NCBI GenBank assembly: GCA_049972045.1
Contig: JBMFKS010000004.1
Coordinates: 1-61,296 of the forward strand
DNA from: Anaerolineae bacterium
GTDB taxonomy: Bacteria > Chloroflexota > Anaerolineae > B4-G1 > DUEL01
DNA: 61,296 nt
Direction of reading: 5' to 3'
Positions 54,856 through 61,296 of this stretch are shown piece after piece. The notes below the pieces were generated by a model, which had not been told where the DNA came from, searched no databases, and saw nothing but the letters and a program-made list of their open reading frames with translations. Numbering within the stretch: position 1 is the stretch's first letter; each line of letters begins with the position of its first letter. The position numbers and the translations under genes are program-made.

Positions 54856-55220
54856 GCATTGCGAGTACGCCAGGCGCGGGGCGCATTCCCGCAACTCAGA
54901 AACTCGGTCACCCCTCCCGCCGGCAATTCGGTAGAGGGGGTAGCTCGACATTGTTAAATTCGCTGTCATAGCCCAACAAAGGATGTCATTGCGAGCGGAG
55001 CGAAGCAATCTCCCGCCTTCAAATGCAAGTAACGGTGGAGATTGCTTCGTCGCTCCGCTCCTCGCAATGACACTGGGCCTGGAATCGAACAATGTCAAGG
55101 TAGTGGTCAGTCAAGTTTATCCTTATGGGTCCGAATGGCCGACGCGGCCAGGGGCCCATGCAGGCCACAAGGCAAAAAGCCGGCGTGGGGCAACTGTGAA
55201 CAGTTGCCCTACTGGAGGGA
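54856..55220. repeat. nested repeat array: family F (54856-54940), full 157-bp MITE-D (54944-55100), MITE-2 lacking its right arm (55099-55220)
   Basis: MITE-D has TIRs CTCGACATTGTTAAATTC and GAATCGAACAATGTCAAGG and an internal long hairpin GTCATTGCGAGCGGAGCGAAGCAATCTCC / GGAGATTGCTTCG..CTCGCAATGAC. Confidence 0.88.
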
Positions 55221-55399
55221 GATTACTTCGCCGAGCAACCGCGGCGGCCGCACAACGCTGATCTGAGGAGACGATAGGATTGTACTCCAACAGAGCGCAA
55301 AAAGTCAAACGCGTTGCCGAGTTGGCACGCTCCCTGATTATGGTATAATAACTCCGTCTCTCCTTCTGGTCAATCCCGATTTGATCGGAGGTAAAACCC

Positions 55400-56542
55400 G
55401 TGAAACTCCACGAATATCAATCCAAGCAGATCTTCGCCCGGTACGGCATCCCCGTTCAGGAAGGTGAGGTGGCGACGACCCCCCAGGAGGTGCGCGTGCT
55501 GGCGGAGCGGATGGGCTGCCCCGTCGTCGTCAAGGCTCAGGTGCTGGTGGGCGGACGGGGCAAGGCCGGGGGCATCCAACTGGCCCCAACCCCCCAGAAA
55601 GCAGAAGAGGTCGCGGCCCGTATTCTCTCCCTTCAGATCAAGGGCTTGCCGGTCCGCAAAGTGCTGGTCGCTCGCGCGGCGGACATTCGGCAGGAAATCT
55701 ACCTGGGCATCGGGGTGGATCGGGCCGCCGCCCGCCCGGTGATGATGGCATCCTCCGAGGGTGGCGTGGAAATAGAAGAGGTCGCCCGTACCCACCCCGA
55801 GGCGATCAAGAAAGTCCCCATTGACCCCTTCGTCGGCCTGCGGGGCTACCAGGCCCTCGGGCTGGCGAAGGGCATTGGCCTCCCTCCGTCGCTGCACAAG
55901 GATTTTGGCCGCATCGCCCAAGGGCTCTACCGCTCCTTTGTGGAGTGCGACGCCTCACTGGCGGAGATCAACCCGCTGGTCATCACCCCCGAGGGCGCCC
56001 TGCTGGCGCTGGACGCTAAAATCGTCCTGGATGATAACGGCCTCTTCCGCCACCCCGACCTGGCGGAACTGCGGGACATAGACGAGGAGACGCCCTCGGA
56101 GCGGGCCGCGCGCGAGGCCGGCCTCTCCTTCGTCCAACTGGACGGCGACATCGGCTGTATGGTGAACGGCGCCGGCCTGGCCATGGCGACGATGGACATC
56201 ATCCAGCACTTCGGCGGGATGCCGGCCAACTTTCTGGACATCGGTGGCGGCGCCCGGGCCGACCGGGTCGCTACGGCGCTGCGGCTGATTCTGGCTGACC
56301 CCCGGGTGAAGGCCGTCCTCTTCAACATCTTCGGCGGCATCACCCGCTGCGACGAGGTCGCGCGGGGCATCGTCTCCGTCCTGGAGGAAATCCGGCCCCA
56401 TCTCCCCATCGTGGCCCGGTTGGTGGGGACCAACGAAGCAGAAGGGCGGCAGATTCTGGAGAGTTCCGGCTACGGTATCATCACCGCCACTACCCTGGCG
56501 GAAGCCGCGCAGAAAGCCGTCGCCGCCGCGCGGGGCGCGTGA
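55400..56542 (+). CDS. sucC: succinyl-CoA synthetase beta subunit
   Basis: GTG start beginning [19 protein letters not shown]; ATP-grasp fold; [10 protein letters not shown]. Confidence 0.93.
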   Translation: MKLHEYQSKQIFARYGIPVQEGEVATTPQEVRVLAERMGCPVVVKAQVLVGGRGKAGGIQLAPTPQKAEEVAARILSLQIKGLPVRKVLVARAADIRQEIYLGIGVDRAAARPVMMASSEGGVEIEEVARTHPEAIKKVPIDPFVGLRGYQALGLAKGIGLPPSLHKDFGRIAQGLYRSFVECDASLAEINPLVITPEGALLALDAKIVLDDNGLFRHPDLAELRDIDEETPSERAAREAGLSFVQLDGDIGCMVNGAGLAMATMDIIQHFGGMPANFLDIGGGARADRVATALRLILADPRVKAVLFNIFGGITRCDEVARGIVSVLEEIRPHLPIVARLVGTNEAEGRQILESSGYGIITATTLAEAAQKAVAAARGA

Positions 56543-56626
56543 CCAGGCGCCCGTCGCAGGTCGCGGGGCGCAGGGCGCAAGTGGCGCCTTTCCCGTTTTC
56601 ACCCTTCACGTTTCACCGGAGGTATC

Positions 56627-57505
<879 letters not shown>

Positions 57506-57577
57506 AGCACGAATACACGAAATTCGTGTATTCGTGTTCCACTCGTGTATGGCCCACCCTCTGAAAAGGAGGCAACG

Positions 57578-58705
57578 ATGTCCCAAAGAGGCCTTTATAA
57601 CCGCCAGGACTGCGAGGACTTCCTGCGCGGCTGCCTGTGGATGGGCACCGGCGGGGGAGGTGGCCCGGAGTGGGGCCGCCGGGTGCTGGAAAGAGCCTTA
57701 GAGGACGGGCTGAAACTGGAGTGGGTAGACCCCTCGGAAATCGCCGATGATGCCTGGACCTGCACCGCGTACGGAATGGGCTCCATCGCGCCCGTTTCCG
57801 AGGAGACAAAGGAACTCATCCGCCGCCTGGGTCTGACCGACCGCTACAGCGACCAGGCGATGGAGATCGCCATCCGGGAACTGGCGGCCTACGCCGGAAT
57901 CCAGATGGGAGCCATTGTCCCTTCCGAACTGGGGGCCGGGAATACCCCCGCCCCGCTGGTCGCCGGGGCCCGTCTGGGTATCCCAGTGGTGGACGGAGAC
58001 TACGCCGGGCGGGCCATCCCGGAGGAGATGCAGGGGACGCCCTACCTCTACGGCAAGAACAGTTGGCCCTTCGCCAGCGTGGATCGATGGGGGAACATCG
58101 CCATCGTCAAGGAAACCTGCAACCCCTATATGCTGGAACGCATCGGCAAGATGCTGGCCGTCGCCGCGTTCGGCACCTGCACCATCGCGGCCACCCTGCT
58201 TCCTGGCCGGGAGATGAAAGAGATCGTCGTCCCGGGGACGCTGACCCGATGCCTGGAACTGGGGCGGGCTATCCGGCGGGCACGGGAGGCCGGCGAAGAC
58301 CCCGTCCGCGCGGCCGTTCAATTCACCGGCGGCTGGCTCCTCTTTGAGGGCGTGGTCACCGGCAAGGACTGGGAGGACCGGGAGGGCTACATGTTCGGCA
58401 CCTCCCATATCCAGGGCACCGGCGACTCCGCCGGCCACACCCTGGACATCTGGTTCAAGAACGAGAACCACGTCTCCTGGCTGGACGGTCGGCCCTACGT
58501 CTGCAGCCCGGACCTCATCGTGGTGGTGGACCGGGAGACGGGCGAAGGCATCACCAACACCGACCTGGACGCCGGAATGCGGGTAGCGGTAGTGGGGGTA
58601 AAGGGACTGGAGGCCTTCCGCTGCGAGCGGGGCCTGGCGGCCGCAGGCCCGCGCTACTTTGGCTTTGATATAGACTATATCCCCATTGAGAGACTGGTGG
58701 TCTGA
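57578..58705 (+). CDS. DUF917 family protein
   Basis: Start MSQRGLYN after AAGGAGG. Contains GTGGGGGP and [13 protein letters not shown], typical of DUF917. Confidence 0.7.
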   Translation: MSQRGLYNRQDCEDFLRGCLWMGTGGGGGPEWGRRVLERALEDGLKLEWVDPSEIADDAWTCTAYGMGSIAPVSEETKELIRRLGLTDRYSDQAMEIAIRELAAYAGIQMGAIVPSELGAGNTPAPLVAGARLGIPVVDGDYAGRAIPEEMQGTPYLYGKNSWPFASVDRWGNIAIVKETCNPYMLERIGKMLAVAAFGTCTIAATLLPGREMKEIVVPGTLTRCLELGRAIRRAREAGEDPVRAAVQFTGGWLLFEGVVTGKDWEDREGYMFGTSHIQGTGDSAGHTLDIWFKNENHVSWLDGRPYVCSPDLIVVVDRETGEGITNTDLDAGMRVAVVGVKGLEAFRCERGLAAAGPRYFGFDIDYIPIERLVV

Positions 58706-58706
58706 A

Positions 58707-59783
58707 ATGGAACTGGCCTACGGCACCGAACCGCGCGGAGAGTTCTACAGTTTTGAACTGGCCGCCGCTGCCCACAAACTGGTCACCGAGATGCGCCCGG
58801 TCCGACCGGGCCAGCAGGTCGCCATCACCGCCGACACCCTCTCCGACCTGCGCGCCGTGGAAGCGACGGCCCGGGCCGTCTATGCGGTCGGAGGCATCCC
58901 TGCGGTGTTCCGCTATCCGGCGAACCCGCAGCCCTGTATGGACCCTCCGGCGCCTGTGGCTGCGGGACTCCCCCGCGCCGACATCTGGATTGACTTCGCC
59001 GTCGCCTATCACCTCTACAGCCCGGCCTACCACGCCGCCGTCGCCGCCGGATGCATCTACGTCTGCCTGACCGGGATGGACGCCGATATGATGGTCCGGA
59101 CGGTCGGGCGGGTCCCCTACCGGCCCCTGCGGGAGATGGCCGACCGGCTCTACCGCCTCTCTCAAGCGGCCGACATCATCCGGGTCACGGCACCCTCGGG
59201 CACCGACCTGACTATGCGGGTGGACAAAGCGGGAGACCCGTTCTGGGAGCCGCCACCGGAGACCGGGGGTTATCCCCAGATGCTGGGGGGACAATCGGGC
59301 TTTATGGCGGTTCGGGAGAGTTTCGAGGGCGTCCTGGTCTTTGATGGCGCGCTCTGGCCCCCGGCCGAACTGGGTGTCCTGCGCCATCCGGTGCGGCTGA
59401 CGGTGGAGGGCGGACGAATCATCCGGATAGAGGGCGGCCACGAGGCGCAGGTCTTCCGCCGATGGCTGGAGTCCTTCGGGCACCCGGCGATGTTCCAGAT
59501 GGACCACGCTTGCTACGGCTTCAACCCCGGCGTCATCCGGCCCAGCGGGCGGATTCTGGAGGACGAGCGCATCTTCGGCTGCATGCAGTTCGGCATCGGC
59601 CCCAGCGATGGGGGCGCACCCTCCCACACGGATGGGGTAGTGCTGAACCCCACCGTCTATCTGGACGGGGTGCCCATTGAGGAAGAGGGCCGATACGTCC
59701 ACCCCGACCTGGTGGCGCTCTGCCGGGAAATGGGCGTCCCCGGCTACTTGTCGGTAAAAGGAGGCAACGATGACCTGGATTGA
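58707..59783 (+). CDS. M29 (aminopeptidase T/AmpS)-like family protein, divergent
   Basis: ATG lies 1 nt after the previous stop; 358 aa. Overall M29/NicX-like pattern (..RVTAPSGTDLT.., ..GVL.FDG.., ..HTDGV..). Confidence 0.55.
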   Translation: MELAYGTEPRGEFYSFELAAAAHKLVTEMRPVRPGQQVAITADTLSDLRAVEATARAVYAVGGIPAVFRYPANPQPCMDPPAPVAAGLPRADIWIDFAVAYHLYSPAYHAAVAAGCIYVCLTGMDADMMVRTVGRVPYRPLREMADRLYRLSQAADIIRVTAPSGTDLTMRVDKAGDPFWEPPPETGGYPQMLGGQSGFMAVRESFEGVLVFDGALWPPAELGVLRHPVRLTVEGGRIIRIEGGHEAQVFRRWLESFGHPAMFQMDHACYGFNPGVIRPSGRILEDERIFGCMQFGIGPSDGGAPSHTDGVVLNPTVYLDGVPIEEEGRYVHPDLVALCREMGVPGYLSVKGGNDDLD

Positions 59784-60795
59784 CGAGGAGAACATCACTG
59801 CTGGGGTCCGCACGATGCTGGAGGTCAACATGGGCTGGCGGCCCGGCGAGCGGTTGCTGGTGGTAACCGACGTCCCCCGACCCGAGGACTGGGCAACGAT
59901 GCCCCTCCCCGCACTGACCGGGATGCTGGAGCGGGCCGTCCTGGCGCGCCAGGTGGCGGAGGTCGCGCGCCGCCTACGACCGGGGGAGGACGTGGACTTC
60001 GTCGTCTACCCGGCCACCGGGAGCCACGGCGCGGAGCCTCCGGCGGACCTGGCCGCGGGCCTGACGCAGGCCAACGTGGTGATTGCGCTGACGACCTACT
60101 CCCTCTCCCACACCGACGCGCGGGAGGCGGCGACGCGGGCCGGAGCGCGGCTGGCCAGCATGCCCGGCTTCCTGGCCGAAATGTTCTACCCCGACGGCCC
60201 GATGGCGGTGGACTACCGGCAGGTGGCGGCGGAGGCCGAAGCCATCGCCCGTCGGCTCACCGATGCCCAGGAGGCGTGGGTCCGTTCCCCGGCGGGCACC
60301 GATGTCCGCTTCTCCCTGGCTGGCCGCGCCGGGATGGCCGATACCGGCCTCTACCGGCAGAGAGGGGAATGGGGCAATCTCCCGGCGGGGGAAGCCTACA
60401 TCGCCCCGGTGGAGGGGACGGCGGAGGGGATTCTCGTCGTCCAGGCCGGATGGCACCCCAACCTGACCGAGGAGATGCGCCTGGTGTTCCGCGCCGGGCA
60501 GGTGGTGGAGGTCCTGGGGGGTGGCCGGGTGGGGGAGGAACTCCGCCAGTTCCTGCGCCCCGGCGACGACACGCCCCTCTACTCCGCCCGGCGCAACCTG
60601 GCCGAACTGGGCGTGGGCACCAACCCCAACGCCCGCCGGCCGGATAACATCCTGGAGGCCGAGAAGATTCGCGGCACCGTTCACATCGCCGTGGGCGATA
60701 ATGCCCACATGGGGGGCCTGGTGGCGGCCGACTTCCACGAGGACTTCGTCATCCCCCAGGCGGAATTGTGGCTGGACGGGCAGAGAGTGTTGTAG
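59770..60795 (+). CDS. M29-family aminopeptidase-like protein
   Basis: 341 aa with SLSHT, GTDVRFSL, NLPAGEAYIAPVEG, ELGVGTN and HIAVGDN. Overlaps the previous gene by 14 nt. Confidence 0.7.
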   Translation: MTWIDEENITAGVRTMLEVNMGWRPGERLLVVTDVPRPEDWATMPLPALTGMLERAVLARQVAEVARRLRPGEDVDFVVYPATGSHGAEPPADLAAGLTQANVVIALTTYSLSHTDAREAATRAGARLASMPGFLAEMFYPDGPMAVDYRQVAAEAEAIARRLTDAQEAWVRSPAGTDVRFSLAGRAGMADTGLYRQRGEWGNLPAGEAYIAPVEGTAEGILVVQAGWHPNLTEEMRLVFRAGQVVEVLGGGRVGEELRQFLRPGDDTPLYSARRNLAELGVGTNPNARRPDNILEAEKIRGTVHIAVGDNAHMGGLVAADFHEDFVIPQAELWLDGQRVL

Positions 60796-60915
60796 AGGGA
60801 GGCGAACCCCAGCCTGGGAGTTGTCACTTGCCTCCCGGTGGTGTAAAATAGAGTAGAGAGTCCAGTTTCTTGCGCGAATTTCCGGAGAGCCGCGAGCATA
60901 AAGGGGGTGATGGAG

Positions 60916-61296
60916 ATGCCGACAGGGAGTTCTGGAGAAATCACCAGCGCCGCTCAGGCGCTGGCCGACATTGCCCGTCAGTTGAGCCGGTTGAGCAGCG
61001 CACTGGCGGCCTACGCGAAAGGAGATACGCCGGAGGCGGAGGCGCTGACGGCCTCGCAGCAGGCGCTGGACCGCATCGCTCGGAAGTTGGAGGAGTCCCC
61101 CACCGAAGCGGAGGCGCAGCGGCTGCGCCGGGAGGTCCTGCACACGCTCCTCCGGAACGGCCCCGCCCTCTTCCCCGAACTGGCCGCGGCCACCCTTTCC
61201 CTTCCCGATGAGATTCGCCCGGTCCTGCAGGCGATGGAGCAGGAGGGGCTGGTGGAAATCCAGACGGTGCGGGGATGGCAGCGGGTTGCCCTCACC
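60916..61296 (+). CDS. hypothetical protein, possibly C-terminal winged-helix (partial, runs off the window)
   Basis: The frame stays open to the window end and is not in the track. G/C-rich third codon positions. AAGGGGG lies upstream and a TTGTCA-17-TAAAAT promoter sits at 60826-60854. The end reads LSLPDEIRPVLQAMEQEGLVEIQ. Confidence 0.4.
   Translation, partial: MPTGSSGEITSAAQALADIARQLSRLSSALAAYAKGDTPEAEALTASQQALDRIARKLEESPTEAEAQRLRREVLHTLLRNGPALFPELAAATLSLPDEIRPVLQAMEQEGLVEIQTVRGWQRVALT

Overview
61.3 kb high-G+C bacterial chromosomal window (G+C judged by eye only). Gene content, three T-box leaders and very dense short intergenic repeats fit a thermophilic Chloroflexota-like organism, but I cannot verify the taxon. 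About 60 protein genes, mostly housekeeping: ilvE; fur-feoA-feoB; a minus-strand fabF-fabH-carboxyltransferase-bioY-accC-BCCP block; a liv-type ABC transporter; thrS; GH13, GH5 and GH57 enzymes; hflX; tRNA-Leu(GAG); trpB2; lipA; dnaB with a mini-intein; a rubredoxin/rubrerythrin cluster; korDABG; ald; a CoA-transferase; a GT39-like glycosyltransferase; prfA; sucCD; and a DUF917 plus M29-like cluster. The most unusual signals are listed here. (1) A complete Ile-type T-box leader with its own promoter points into the 3' end of ilvE and shares its terminator, so it may be a tRNA-sensed antisense switch. (2) A low-G+C island (about 29.8-33.3 kb) holds a small PD-(D/E)XK nuclease, a methyltransferase with an internally duplicated and apparently dead second domain, decayed toxin-antitoxin genes and a larE/larC scar. 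(3) A T-box-controlled trpS homolog lacks about 80 internal residues, has degraded catalytic motifs and sits upstream of trpB2. (4) At least four families of MITE-like repeats fill almost every long intergenic region; they sit between regulatory leaders and their genes, supply stop codons, and in one case lie in frame inside a coding gene. Most long ORFs in the supplied track that overlap these genes on the opposite strand or in another frame are high-G+C artefacts.
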